Under the pieces are notes generated by a model. The model was not told the DNA's origin. It saw only the letters and a program-made list of their open reading frames with translations, and did not search any database. A program made the translations under genes and the position numbers. Shown here piece after piece: positions 26,901-40,753 of a DNA stretch of 64,000 bases. Where the stretch lies: assembly GCA_951406725.2 (NCBI GenBank), contig OX597828.1, forward strand, positions 51,770,001 to 51,834,000, given 5' to 3'. The DNA is from Octopus vulgaris (taxonomy: Eukaryota). Position 1 is the stretch's first letter. Each line of letters opens with the position of its first letter.

Positions 26901-27770
26901 AACTGCATCTGTTGACTTTGCAGACTTCTAGAGTACACTCTACATAGCCAAATTTTACATACCTTTTAAGCTATATATGAGAGTATGTAGATGTAAGGGA
27001 TTTTTTAAAAAATAGGAAAATGAGATTTTTCCTACAAAATGTAGCTACCTCTCAAATTATTTCTTTGGAAAATACGTTATAGGGAAAGTGTTGACTACTT
27101 TATGAAGTGAAAGAAGAGGTTAGATATATATTATTGTGTGCTAGCTTTCAAAGTAAAGCAAAGAAAAGTTGTTCACGAACTTAGTAGATGTCTATATAAC
27201 ATATTCGTTTTTTGAAATAATTTGCAATGGAATCTACAAGAAATTTTAATTTTGTTCTCAAAGTGCATAGCGATATATTAAGCCGTGGTTTGGCTGAGTG
27301 CCACATTCTAATGATCTGCTGAAGTATTGCTGCTGCTACTCATTAGCAGGTCAGCACATGAGCAATATATTCTCCAAAATGGTACACCCGAACATGTTAA
27401 CAGTAACTTGACTATTAAATTTCTTATGAATGACGTCTTCCAACAACTTGGCAGAGGGTGATCAATTCCATGAAATACAGTTTAAATAGATTTAAAGACT
27501 AATGTCCTCACCCATTCTAACATTATATCAGATGTATTTCTGTGCTTCCATATCCAATGTAACTTTCTAATATCAATATTTTCAATACGCTTATAGTTTT
27601 TATTTTCGGATTTCTAAACAGTCTAAAGCAGAAATAGAAAATGTAAAAACACTAGTGTCATTAACATTGAAATGATTGGTGAAATTATTTGAAGGGGCAT
27701 AATAAGTGCGAGTATTAGTGGTGCATGTAGGAGGGATGTGCTTATCCTTTTTTGCCAGTGCTAGCATAAA

Positions 27771-27819
<49 letters not shown>

Positions 27820-27871
27820 TATATATCATATATATATATATATATATATCATATATATATATCATATATAG

Positions 27872-28593
27872 CTTCAGCTTTGTTGTGCATGCACATTGTT
27901 AGCGTTCTAGCTCACTTCTGCTCTTTACAGCAGTGCATGGGAGGAAGGAAGATGTGTAACGTGCGATCCTCGCATTAAACATGGCAGAGAAAGTTAAGCA
28001 GAGAACCTACTTCAAATTCTTCCAAAAACTTGGGGATAGCTGCTCAGCGGCCTACGCACAGTTTTCAAAAAGCTTTCATCGTTCTCAACACGATCAAGGA
28101 GATCTTGTTCAACTGAAAACCGAATTTCCTTTTGGTCAGCTGAATGCAGTTTTGGTACAAACTTAGCAGATTCGCATCTCATAACCATATCTTCAGTGAT
28201 AATGGGCTGAACTAAACCGTAATATTCTCTGATAACTCATGGATGATGATTCGACGACTTCCCCTCCCAGCTGCACGCACCTCTGCAATGTTTTTTCTTA
28301 GTTCTGTTCGTTGCGAGTATCTCAGAATATTTATCAATATTGACATATTTTCGGCCATCTTGGAAATTTCTGAGCTACTCGTACACTTGTGTGCAGCTTA
28401 TGCACTCCTCTCCATAGACTTTCAATAAATTTTGCGTCGGCTCTGAGCAGGTATTGGCATGACGACTTTCTCTATCATGGTCAATGCGACGATCACACGG
28501 TACATACCTTCCTTCGAAGCAATGTTGTAAAGAGCGGAACTGAACTAGAACGTTAAAACTTAGTGTTAGTGTACATGCATAGCAGAGCTTAAG
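27872..28593. mobile_element. mariner-derived element made of two inverted 5' ends
   Basis: Plus MAEKVKQRTYFKFFQKLGDSCSAAY; minus QNLLKVYGEECISCTQVYE...FQDGR. 27872-27995 is an inverted homologue of ~28462-28593. Confidence 0.7.
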
Positions 28594-28892
28594 ATCCATC
28601 TTTGCCAAGCGACATTATTCTGTGTGACTTAGATTCGTTACTATGGCAACATGCCTAATACTTATCGATAAATATTAGCAATAATTATAACGATAAAGAA
28701 TGTGTAAATTGATATAACCACTACACGAAGTATGGACAATTGCATTTGAAACCGAGAATAATTTTCTGTGCACCTTCGCTTAGAGTCTTTCAACCAGCCA
28801 GGCCCACAGCGAATTAAATTTAGTTAGTTGTTTATTAGTTAGGGTAGGGGGAATGAGGAGAGGTTGTTTCGCATTTGAAATATGTCATGTTT

Positions 28893-28949
28893 GTAAACTT
28901 GTTTCGTTGACCGCTTTTTCACTTTAGTTGCTGGCCGTCCTCAGGATAC
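28893..28949 (-). ncRNA. type I hammerhead ribozyme-like motif
   Basis: gtatc-CTGAGGA-cggccagc...gcggtcaac-GAAAc-aa-gtt-tac. Both core boxes are canonical, stems are imperfect. Confidence 0.45.
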
Positions 28950-29127
28950 TATTTCATTAAGTCAAAATTTATGTTACTGTTTTAGAAGATTTCTTTCTAT
29001 ATTGTAGTATATGGGTACTAAATAAGCTTAATTTCAACTATAATTCATGTAATACACTGATTATGCATGTATGTGTATTTATATTTATACTTATACATTT
29101 ATACATGAACACATATAGGTGTATATG

Positions 29128-29178
<51 letters not shown>

Positions 29179-29716
29179 ATGCGTTAACGAACTGCCATTA
29201 TCAAACTAACAACACAATGTTTTTACCCCCGATGAATTCTTCGGACATACCTATTGCAATAAATTTGTGTGGTGCGGGTGGGTGGTGCGAATATATGACA
29301 CCAAGGCAGTGAAAATGGAATTCATGTACGGTTGAATACGCCACAGGTCCCAGGTCAATAGATGTTTAATTCATGCTGTGGAAGGAGGAATAAATAATAT
29401 GTTGGGAATTTGGGAGATGAGAAATGGTTGTAGAGATAGGATTAGGAGAAAAACAGCTGATGTTCACAGAGCTCTGATTGTTAACCGTTTTGTGTCAATA
29501 GATGTTTAGTCATAAGGTTATATATTTTAGATGTTTAAGGTTAACAATCGTTTAATAAATTGAAGAAAACAGTCGTGTGATATAAATATGCATTAAGTCC
29601 AAATTCCATGATCTCAAGTCGTTTTTTTAGTGCAGGTGTTAATCTTAATCTTCCTATACGTTGTCACACCTTGTCAATGAAGCAACCTTCTTATTTTCAT
29701 TATCCTTCATAAGTTT

Positions 29717-29908
29717 TGGGGGCAAGCTTGTATGATGGTTAACGATTCGGAAGAAAGGCTAGGCAATATTTCTTCCGGCTATTTACATACTAGGTTCAAA
29801 TTCCACCAAGGTCGTATTTACCTTTCATGCGTTTAGACTACATACAATAAATACCAGTTGAATACCGGGGTTGATGTAATCGAAAACTTGCTGGCCTAGT
29901 GCTAAATT
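29717..29908 (+). mobile_element. old diverged copy of the Meta-like SINE
   Basis: ggttcaaattccaccaaggtcgtatttacctttcat...ataccagttg...ggggttgatgtaatcga aligns with 40523-40753. Confidence 0.65.
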
Positions 29909-29932
29909 ATTCTTCGCACAAGATTTGCATGG

Positions 29933-30010
29933 ATACATTTGCAATATCCCTTTTTACTATTTCATCTTATAAATAAGATGAGATAGTAAAAAGGGATATT
30001 GCAAATGTAT
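29933..30010. repeat. 78-bp near-perfect palindrome
   Basis: 38-bp arms with 37 complementary positions and a 2-nt spacer. Confidence 0.95.
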
Positions 30011-30913
30011 TAGGAAAATATACACGTTGTTTATAGTGTGCCTCATAAGCCGTAATTTTCATGAGGTTCACAGAGTCATTATATGATCAGCACCGTTTTA
30101 AATTCCGAATGAAATTTTTCGTTACAGATTAGCGATTGCCATTCCGACGTGATCGAGTAAGAACAAAAAATATCTCGTATAAATCTCCGCGTAATTAAAA
30201 TACACCCAAATGTATTGCTTGGGACTCTCTAATAGTCTAAATTCATTACATACCATATTTGCATATCCATAATAAAACCCACCCGTTTTCAGTATGACCG
30301 ATATTTTTATCATATTCTTCTGTAAATATAATTCATATCACATTATTAAGTTTTATACATAATCTTGAATTTCATACAGAAGTTTGCAATTCCCTAAGAA
30401 ATTTCATGACCTTATCGATTTTTCTTCTCTGTCTTTTATGGTGCGTCTGTAGTTATAAAGGAATAAAGGAATGGCAAAATTAGACAGATATCGGAAATGT
30501 TTAACGGTACCAGCGTTATGTCTGTTACTTCCGCCAGAAGGTATATATATAATCTATAATGCTGATCAAAAATGATTTGCCATTTTAACTCTTGCGACTC
30601 GTAAAAGGAAACTTATTCAATCACTCTCACTTTCACTCCCTGTTCTCCCACTCTCTCTTATTAACTCTCTCTCTCTCTCCCTCTCTCTCTTAATCTCTCT
30701 GACTCTGTTTTAACTATGTCTCTATCTCTGCCCCTCTCTTTCTCCCGCTATTATAAATGATTCAGACGTTTATCCCGATAGCTTCGTAAGATTAAATAAT
30801 TAATTTCTCATTTGTTCACACATACGCATAAACATAATCACACACACACATATAAAAATGTAGCGCACATGTCTTTGTATGCACGTATATATACATATAT
30901 GTGTGTGTATCTA

Positions 30914-30953
<40 letters not shown>

Positions 30954-32416
30954 CGCACATCTATTTATACGGATATGCGTGTATGTGTGAATGTCTTCAC
31001 GCACGTACACTTATTCATCCATATACATGCACACAAACATACAGACAAACACTCACATTCATACACACACACACACATGCTTATGCGATGTGCATTGAAG
31101 ATTAAGGTGAATATATATCGTTTGTGAAATAGACCTACACATTAAGTTTAGAGAGGAAAAAAATTACCTCTTCAGTAAAATACTTCAATCAGGCCACATA
31201 TTCATTAACGTTTACAAAGAATGGATTCTTATGTAACACGTGGAAATGCATTTTTGAGCCGACTAAAAATGATAAATTATAAATAGCTAATCCTCAATCT
31301 GTTTGGGAGAAAAGGAAGCACGCGTATTTCTTATTTCCCATTAACGGAATTGTTGGTTACCATTGAAGATATTCCTTAATTACCTTTGAATCTCGTTTCT
31401 TTTCTTTATAGTATTGTCAATTATGAATTGCTAAAAGGATTTGTCTCACTTTTGGGATCAAAACCAAATTTATTCTAGAAGCAATACTCATTGGTATATA
31501 CATGTCCCTGTGTGTATATGTACGAACGTGAGTACATACATACATACATACATACATACATACATACATACATACATACATACACATACATACATACATA
31601 CATACATACATACATACATACATGGATGAATACCTACATACAGTTCAAATTCACAGTAAACAAAAGACGAAGACGCTCTTCGACAGAAGGGATTGACAGG
31701 TAAAAATAATGGAAACAAGGAAACAATGCGAAGAGATAAAGGAAAAATTTGTAGGGCCTAACGGTTAAGAAGATAAAATGGCAGAAGAAAGTGGTTGATT
31801 GAAAGGGAGATAATAACGGTTGAACTAGGGTGTGCAAGCGCGTGTGTGTATTTGAGAATGGGGGTTTGTGAGTGAACATGTGCGATTATGGGCGAGCGTC
31901 TGTGAATGTATATGTGGGTGAGCTTAAAATTGTGTGTACGTGGAGGGGTGTATGTGTATCAATAACCTAATTCGTACATTTTGTGGAGTGATGTGCCTTT
32001 CGTGTACTGGTGTGTATGTGTGTGTGCCTATAGACGTGTGTACATATGTATGTATGTGTGCATGTGAGTAGGTGCGCAAATAATTTAGTGCGTGCGTTGT
32101 GTGGAGCGATGTGCGTTTCGTATCTATGTGTGTTGATATAGTCGTGTGTAAATGCTTGAGGATCTGTCGTGTGTGTGTGCGTGTGCGTGCGTATGCGTGT
32201 GAAAACGCTTGTGTATAGAAATTGAAGGTGCTTGTTCGGCTGTTATGTGCACGTGTATATATGTGTGACCCTATAATATACATGTGTATTGTATATGTTT
32301 GAGTGCGAAAGATTATGTGTTTATGCGTGTTGTGTGTGTGTGTATTAATTGTTTTCAAGCGTTTTGTGTGCATGTGCAGTGTGTGTTTTATAAATAAATA
32401 TATATATATATATATA

Positions 32417-32608
32417 AGGAGTATTCACGAAAAAACATAAGACGAAGACAGGTGGTGTACAAAACGGACAGATGTATTAGTATAACGCTCAGGAAGTGAA
32501 AACAGTTTCGACCCTACGCTCTTCCACAGAAAGGAACACAGAAAGAAACAAAGAGAGAAACAAGGAGAGAAAGAAATGTGTAGTGGCTACCGATCTATCA
32601 TGGCGACT
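32417..32608 (-). mobile_element. Penelope-type terminal repeat, family B
   Basis: Homologous to 49643-49838 (agacgaagacaggtggt, cagatgtattagtataacgctcagga, ctacgctctt, atcatggcg). Flanked by (TA)n/(TG)n. Confidence 0.65.
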
Positions 32609-32620
32609 ATATACATATAA

Positions 32621-32651
<31 letters not shown>

Positions 32652-32868
32652 AATAGTTTGCATTAAAGCAAAGGATTAACATTTAAGTTTTAGATTACAT
32701 GTTAACTTTCACATGGAAAATTTCGCCATTCACTTGGGATATACAGCATGCTCATATTTAATGGAATGTCTGATGAAGTGTGGCAAAACGAAGTTTCAAA
32801 TTTGTTGTTAATCATAGCTTTGTAAATTTTACTTCATACAGACACACAAGCGCACACACATATACATA

Positions 32869-32956
<88 letters not shown>

Positions 32957-34054
32957 GAAAGAAAGAAAGAGGGAGTGTGTGAGAGTGAGAGATAGTCTTA
33001 TAGTACTTCTATCCAAAATATTTCTGAATGTATACGTACGGTCGTTTAAGGACAGGTCCTCTTAAGCAATAACGTAACAGCACGATGAACTTATACAACG
33101 TGCAAACTTTTTCTTTTTGGCGACGGAAACGTGGCTTCACTATTAAAAACAAGAAGAAATGTCTTTCAAAAACGAATTAACAACAACACGAATACTCTTC
33201 CCGTGATTCTCAGTCCCATTAATTCGTCATGAAATACCGCAACAAGATTATTTTGTTGAAAACCAGAGAATGAATGAATGCAATATCTATGGCGCCTAGA
33301 TATATTGTTTTTGAAATAACCAAACTGGGAAAGTTTTAATGGAGATGAATGACAAATACTTTACAACCACCGGTCAACACAAGTATTATTTCACCCATTT
33401 AAATTTCTTCCAGTTACAAAAACAACGTCGATTTCTTCCAATCAAATAACAAAAAATTGTTACTTCGTTTGAGCCACTCAAATGATGTTTTATGTATTCT
33501 TATATTTATCAGGCAATTGAAGTTACGCATATCTCGCAAGCTCCTAGAGCAATCATGAACAAACATTTACGAGAAGCGTGCCGCCTTAGCTCATCATCAT
33601 GTGCTTCACGCTACTGAAAAAATTAAATTCTCATTAGGTGCAGCATTCAGAAAGTTCCAATAGCTGTAGAATTCCAAAGACTGTCACAGAGGCTGCGTGG
33701 CTGTAACATCAAATAAAACAATTCGAAGCGGGACACAATGTGATTGGGTCTGAATGAAAAGTGACAAATCACGTCTTCGAAATACCTGTCTGTAGAATTT
33801 GAACCCTACTGAAATAAAATACGAAATCAGTATGTAACTGATGCACGTGACTGCATAACTATGTCATAATCGTAGTAAAAGGTCCACAATTGACCAGTGT
33901 TCTTTTTTTTAATTGAAAAATCATATTTAGTTAATTACCAGCTAAGATTAAAGAGCTCATCATGAAACCTGAGACTTATTTTTAACTCGTAATGTATTGG
34001 TGTAATAATTCAGTAGAATGCGTCTGGGAATCCTTAACCTGTGACACACACACT

Positions 34055-34236
<182 letters not shown>

Positions 34237-34575
34237 TTAATCTCTAATTATGTTCGTATACGTGCATTATCTCAGACTTGCCCTAGTATATAAAAACTTC
34301 TCATCGTTATCCTGGGGTCCAGAATCCAAAGTCATAGCTTGGTATTTTGTACAAATGTGTTTTCGCCTTGCACGCTGCTTGCTTGAATTTTTATGAGTAA
34401 ATTAAGATTGAAAGAAACCGTAGAAAATCCTATGGTGAATCGAACCTGCAACTTAACAGTTCAGTCTGGCACCCTGTGTCACGCGCAGTATATCTTTAAT
34501 AATAAAATTAAGGTTATACATTTCTGTGGTATATTTTAATGAGTGTAGTGCGGTTAGTAATTCACACCTAATGAT

Positions 34576-34675
34576 NNNNNNNNNNNNNNNNNNNNNNNNN
34601 NNNNNNNNNNNNNNNNNNNNNNNNNNNNNNNNNNNNNNNNNNNNNNNNNNNNNNNNNNNNNNNNNNNNNNNNNNN
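34576..34675. other. assembly gap (100 N)
   Basis: Run of 100 N. Linkage distance across it is unknown. Confidence 1.
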
Positions 34676-35999
34676 TTCATTCTTTGGTTTATACTTAAAG
34701 TCACTCCAGTGCTTCAGCAACATTCAAATTTACCTTGCAAGTTGTATTTTACTCCTCACGATTTTCTTTTTATATCATCACTTTGATCTCATTCCCTGCA
34801 TTTCTCGACCTCAATTCCCTCCCAACCTCCTCTTTCACCCAGTTCTCTCAAATAAGTATACTCATATTTACACGTATTTTTCGTTTCTTCATTCTATTAT
34901 TGTCGGTCCGTCTTTTTCACTGTCTTTTTTGTTCGTAATTTTCTTCCACAGTATCACTTTAATTGTCGATTACTCCAAATTCTTTCTAGATTTTAAAATG
35001 TTTTGCTATTTCAATCTATTTCTCTCGTTTCTTTAACAGTCGTTGTGTGTTTATTTATTTCTAATGGCCAAGCTGGCTCTTTCACATGTTTTACCCCCTT
35101 GTGGCTAAAGTCCCAACAAAGCTAAACAGTTTCAGCGTGAACCAGAAATACAAATGTTTGATATATTATTTGCTGTCTTACATTAAAAAGAAATTTGAAT
35201 AGAACATATTAACTCGTTGCTTTTTTTTATGTAATTCTTTTTCCCCGGTGACATACGATATTTTCTACTTTAATGAAATTCCAGATTTAAACTTCATGAT
35301 TGATGTTACAATCAAAAGTAGCTTCATTGATAAAAAGTAACTTGTGAATATTACTATAAGTTGTTACGTCATAGTTGCTGCTGCTGTTGTTTTTAATTTT
35401 TGTTTTGTCGGTTTCGAACTATTTGTATTAGTGATGTTCATATTAATGTTGTTGATATTGGTTCTTGATAGTTTTTTTTTCTTGTGGGAGTTGGGGGATA
35501 TCATTGACTACATTTACCACTCTGTGAAAACAGAAATTCTAAAAGGAAAAATATTAATAGGTAATATTACAAGGGTCGGATGGCTGAGGAGAGAATATAC
35601 ATCTCGGAAAGTTTCTTGATATGATGATGCAATTATTGGTAAAAGTATCATTGACAAAAATGCAATTGGAAACTCCAAAGAAAAGATAACATCCTAAAGT
35701 TCTTCTAGATATACTTAACAAACATATTTAATAATATATTAACATAGATGAAGATAACACTTGATGAGTCCCTTTGATCTAAAAAACGAAAACTCCAAAA
35801 TGTATGAGCAAATAATGTATTTCCTCGCAGTTTAGTGCTATAATAATACATGGGGAGAGATGAAAATTCCTATATATTTGCGTAATAATATCTACCAATC
35901 AAAGTCGTCATTACTGAAAGGGAATGAGAGAAAATGGGGTGTGTATGATCTAGTTTGGTAAGTAGAAGTCTTTTGACAATATTTCTCAAACGTGAATCC

Positions 36000-37700
36000 T
36001 AGAAACACGCCATACACAAGATGGTACCTCTATCAAGCAGATACATTTACGTACATCGCGAGTGCATTGTAAACATTTTTGAAAATAAAAAGTGACTGAA
36101 AATTAGGAAAACTAACCACATTTCAACAATGAGAAACATATTCCAAAGTTACCTATAACCGTCTTTCCTTCCTGTCGCTAAAATTTGTTTAAACAGATTA
36201 GAGCTGCTGTAAACGCTGACGTGTGATGACAACTAACCATCAGCTTTTACGCCGTAGGAACTGCCACATTATAACTAGAAAAATTTATATGTAACGTACA
36301 TTAGAAATTGTGCCAAAATGGCCTTAAAGAAAGAAAATGTATTTACGAATATAGATTTTATTTTGACGTAAATAGACAGTGATTTAGATAAAACATAGTT
36401 TTACAAAAACGGTATGAGTGGTGTTGACAAAGTAACACACACAGCAATTGCAGGAAATTTTAGAATAGGAAATTGTAGAAATATTACATTAATACTGAAA
36501 ACAGAATTAAATGCAGAAAGTATGATTAGATGCATCAATACTCTAGAGTTTTAAGTGAAAATATATTTATGATTAATTAGCAATACGAGACTAATAAATA
36601 AGAAAAATGATTACAGCAATAACTCACTGACCAAAATCTAACATTGAAATTGAAATAACATAATTACCATGAATAAAGTGAGTTAGGGACATCATGCAAC
36701 TTCATGCAGATTATAATACACTTCAAATTTCAGGACTACAATAATTTGTTATAAAGAACAGCATATAAGTAAAATATATTACTAGAAAATATAAATTATT
36801 TCCTATTTTGAACTGTTTCCTATTTTGGTCGACAATAAGTATAAATGGCTAGAAACTGAAACTGAAAAACAGAAACTGAAAAACAGCAAACTGTTAAATA
36901 GAAATTCTTCGGTAGAAATAGTGAACTGTATAAATGTAAGCTAACTTTAGGTTACAGAATCTCTTACCTAAGTGATAACAAGAAAAGCCCATACATGGGG
37001 TATACCTGAAAACTTCAACTGTGTCGAAATGAGCAATGAGAAACGCAGCAGTGTCTGAGAACCACGTGATTCAAAGCTGAGTCTGAAAGGTTTCATCACT
37101 GAGGCACAGGATTAAAATGTTTGCGTCGTAAATCATTAAAACACAAACATGTAAGGCAGCTGGGTATGTTAAGTACGACAAAAGATGAAGATGATATGAC
37201 TCGTACAGCCCAGTTTTACTCATTCGAGTGGACACGAGTAGGTATGAACATCCTGGCAATACAGGAAACGATTATATAATGAAACATCATAAACGAAGTA
37301 ATGATAAAATCATACATGAAAAAATGGATCTTAGGGAATAAAATATAGATTATACTCGGGAATACGTGTAAGGGCAGATGCATCGAGATAATTCTGTGAG
37401 ATATTGATGTCCGAAGCCAACAAGAAAGGAAATACTTCCTAATGGAATAATCCATTAGCAGTAATGTATCGCTAAAAGAAATGGAGACGCTATCCTAATA
37501 TAAGGATCTGAAAATAAAGATAAAGAGAAAAATGTGTACTGAAAATAGAAACAGCCTCCATAAAAACAAACGTCTTGGGAATTATTAAAATACATGCACT
37601 CAAATACGTAACCCAAACCTCGGGAATTACACATATACATAATATAGAGAAAATAGTTTTATTATAAAATATACACTGTTCATACAAAACATAATGTGTT
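36000..37700 (+). mobile_element. decayed R4/Dong LINE, late RT to RLE domain
   Basis: LILKTELNAESMIRCINTL (~36490) and YKDLKIKIKRKCVLKIET...LGIIK...IHNIEKIVLL (~37500-37665). Confidence 0.6.
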
Positions 37701-38039
37701 TCTTAATACAATGCGATGTGTAACTCAAAACCAGCAGATAACATTCGACAGTGAATTGAAATCATGTAATAAATATAAATTCATTGAAAAATAAAATTTA
37801 TTTGAATAAAATATCGCAAGAGAATAGGGGAAATAAAATAAGAATTGACGATTCTAAACTTGGAAATTCTGAGTATAAATCTAAAGATACAATTATCTAA
37901 ATATTAATATTCTCAGATCTTTCTAGGGAACACAAAACACGTACCTCTTAAAGATAAAATTACACAATGATATAGGAAGCAGCAATAAATATTTCATATC
38001 TCGTCAACGTTGATTTAATGAAATCAAATGCAAACAGCA

Positions 38040-38750
38040 GATGACGAAGCTGAGCAAAATACTATGAGCAGAAAGCACATTAGTTACAAAGGAATGTGGA
38101 TACCGCCTACAATCTACTCTTATAAAACTACTAAAACATTAAAAAATAAAACAAGTGGGTAAACAAAGATAAAAAGAATATACAAAATTGAAGAAAATTT
38201 CTTTAATCCTAAACAGGGAAAAAGATCAATATGATGATGAGAGAAAATACAGAAAACTTGACAACAAATAACAAATTATTCAAACTCAGATGAATGCTTA
38301 AAAAAAATGAGAAAATCCTAGCAAGATCGCAAAGAACTATTGTTATATAAAGCAACGAAGAATCTTTAAATAAAACAAAAACGTTCGACTCCAATCTAAG
38401 AAGATCTTAACAAAAACTAGAAGAAAATATAAATGAATTCAGTGCCTAAAGCAAGTGCTGTGAAACACAAGAAAAACAACACCTGCATAACTGTGGGACT
38501 CCGTATTAAGTGAACGAATACTCCACATATTACAAATAATAAATACCTGGAAATTACAGGGAGATAACTTTGTCCTGCACTTGCTTTGAAGAATTTGCAG
38601 GCATATATAAAGAGTCGGCAAAAACATAAAGCATAAAATATCTACTGAGAGGAAAATCATATCAACAGCCAAACCTAAGGGGGAATCATGCTATACCTAT
38701 CAACAAACACGTAGTTTTTAACTACCAAAACTCACATCATTGCAATAATA
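38040..38750 (+). mobile_element. decayed R4/Dong LINE, pre-RT region
   Basis: NKTFDSNLRR and WKLQGDN-like remnants of the conserved pre-RT segments. Confidence 0.4.
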
Positions 38751-38925
38751 TTTCAGAGCATGAATCTAGTTGGGGGATCACTGGAAAGGGGAAACTCCAT
38801 TTTATCTTATTACTGTGATATTTCTACAAGTTTTTCATTATTCATATCTATATATATATATATCTGTAGTTCTACAGCGCCTATCAGAAAATTGTTTTGT
38901 AGTTTAACATGAGCAGCAAATCTCA

Positions 38926-39262
38926 GGAAGCGCAATAGCCCAGTGGTTAGGGCAACGGACTCGCGGTCGGAGGATCGCGGTTTCGATTCCCAGACAGGGC
39001 GTTGTGTGTGTTTATTGAGCGAAAACACCTAAAGCTTCACGAGGCTCCGGTAGGTGGTGATGGGGACTCCTGTTGTACTCTCTCGTTCCTGTTTCTTGTG
39101 CCCGGCTTCCTACGCAACAGCTGAGCCTGGATGCGCATTCATCCGTCGATGCTCTCAGTGTCAGGAGTTGACCTGATTTCTCTTCAGGGTCTTACAAATA
39201 GCAAAGGACCACGTTTCGGACTTGTCCCACGGAGATGAAGACCGCTTCGCTCAACAACAAAA
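38926..39262 (+). mobile_element. tRNA-derived SINE (octopus OR-like head), tail type 1
   Basis: ggaagcgcaatagcccagtggttagggc...ggtttcgattccc, gtttattgagcgaaaacacctaaagc; ends in (AAC)n. Confidence 0.85.
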
Positions 39263-39361
39263 TAAACAAAGAATCAACTCTCTGCATTCGCGGTTACTGA
39301 ATCTTTCAATGTTAGATTTAGGCAGAATATTCTAATTGAAATTATTATCATTTGTTTATCG

Positions 39362-39735
39362 TTTACTTGTTCCATTCATTAAACTGATGCCTTGCTGCAG
39401 CACCGCCTTGGAACATTTGTTTCAGTCGAATGATTCGACCCCAGTACTTAGTTTTTTGTTAAGGCTGGTACTTATACTATCGGTAACTTTTGCCGAACCC
39501 CTAGGTTACGGGGACGTAAACACACCAACACCAGTTGCCAAGCGGTGATGGGGTACAAACACAGACACAACAGATACACACCGACACACTCACACACATA
39601 AAAACCATGGGCTTCTTTCAATTTCTGTCTACCATATCGACTCATAAAGCTTTGGTCGGCCCAAAGCTATAAGTAGAAGACACTTGTCCAAGGTGCTACG
39701 CAATGAGGCTGAACTTAGAACCAAGTGTTTGGGAC
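39362..39735 (-). mobile_element. CR1-tailed SINE
   Basis: Colinear with 42278-42726 and 57268-57702. Confidence 0.8.
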
Positions 39736-40522
39736 CTATAAATTATTGCTGGAACAGCAAGAAAATGGTATGAGAAAATTTATTTTTGTACATTCAAAAT
39801 TCCCTAATTTTCAACGTGCTTTTTTTGTAACGCATTCTACTTCTGAAGTCTTATTAGAAAATATTCTTTAAATGTAATGTAAAAAAATTTATGAAAGTGT
39901 CTACAACCTTTCCGGGAGGATCTCTGTGTTAATGTTTTGTAAATCGACTGATTTGGGTGAAATGTAGAAGCGCCGTTATATGCTACGAGTTTGTGTTTTA
40001 CTCTGTTGTAAGGATTCGTTTGTTGTTTGTATCACGTTGAGTATTTATTATGTTGAATATCCCTTATTTGAATCATGTTAAATTCTTGTGTTTATCATGT
40101 GTACGTAAGAAACGTCATATGATAGGGAACGTTGGTTTGTGACTGCCTGAGATGCTTCAGGTGATGTAGTGTTCTGTTTTGATAATACTTCGTATAAATT
40201 GAGTTGTTTTCTAATATCGATAATTGTTAGCGTGGGATACAGTCTGCCGGAACTAATTCAAAAACATAACAGAATTATAAGATTGATTATTTGAACAAAA
40301 TTCCTAAAGTTTTGAAACTTAATAATTCTTCGAACTCAATGGAAGAATGGAGGTATTATCCGTGCGCCGCAAGACGGCGTAGGAGAAGACGAAATATGTG
40401 GAGAACTAATGCTATAGGAAAAGACAACGATAGAGAGAATGGGAGGGAAAATCAATGTGAGCGGAACGGTTAGAGTTAGGTGATGTGAATAGCGTGAGAA
40501 TCAGACGGTATGAGAGGAGATA

Positions 40523-40753
40523 AGGCGGCGAGCTGGCAGAAACGTTAGCACGCCGGGCGAAATGCTTAGCAATATTTCGTCTGCCACTACGTTCTGAGTT
40601 AAAATTCTGCCGAGGTCGACTTTGCCTTTCATCCTTTCGGGGTCGATTAAATAAGTACCAGTTACGCACTGGGGTCGATGTAATCGACTTAATACTTATG
40701 TCTGTCCTTGTTTGTCCCCTTTATGTTTAGCCCCTTGTGGGTAATAAAGAAAT
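40523..40753 (+). mobile_element. full-length Meta-like SINE with Tx1-type tail and probable TSD
   Basis: ggcggcgagctggcagaaacg head; gaggtcgactttgcctttcatcctttcggggtcga core; tail ...cttgtgggtAATAAAgaaat. Flanks tatgagaggagat (40509-40521) and tatgagaagagat (40757-40769). Confidence 0.9.
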
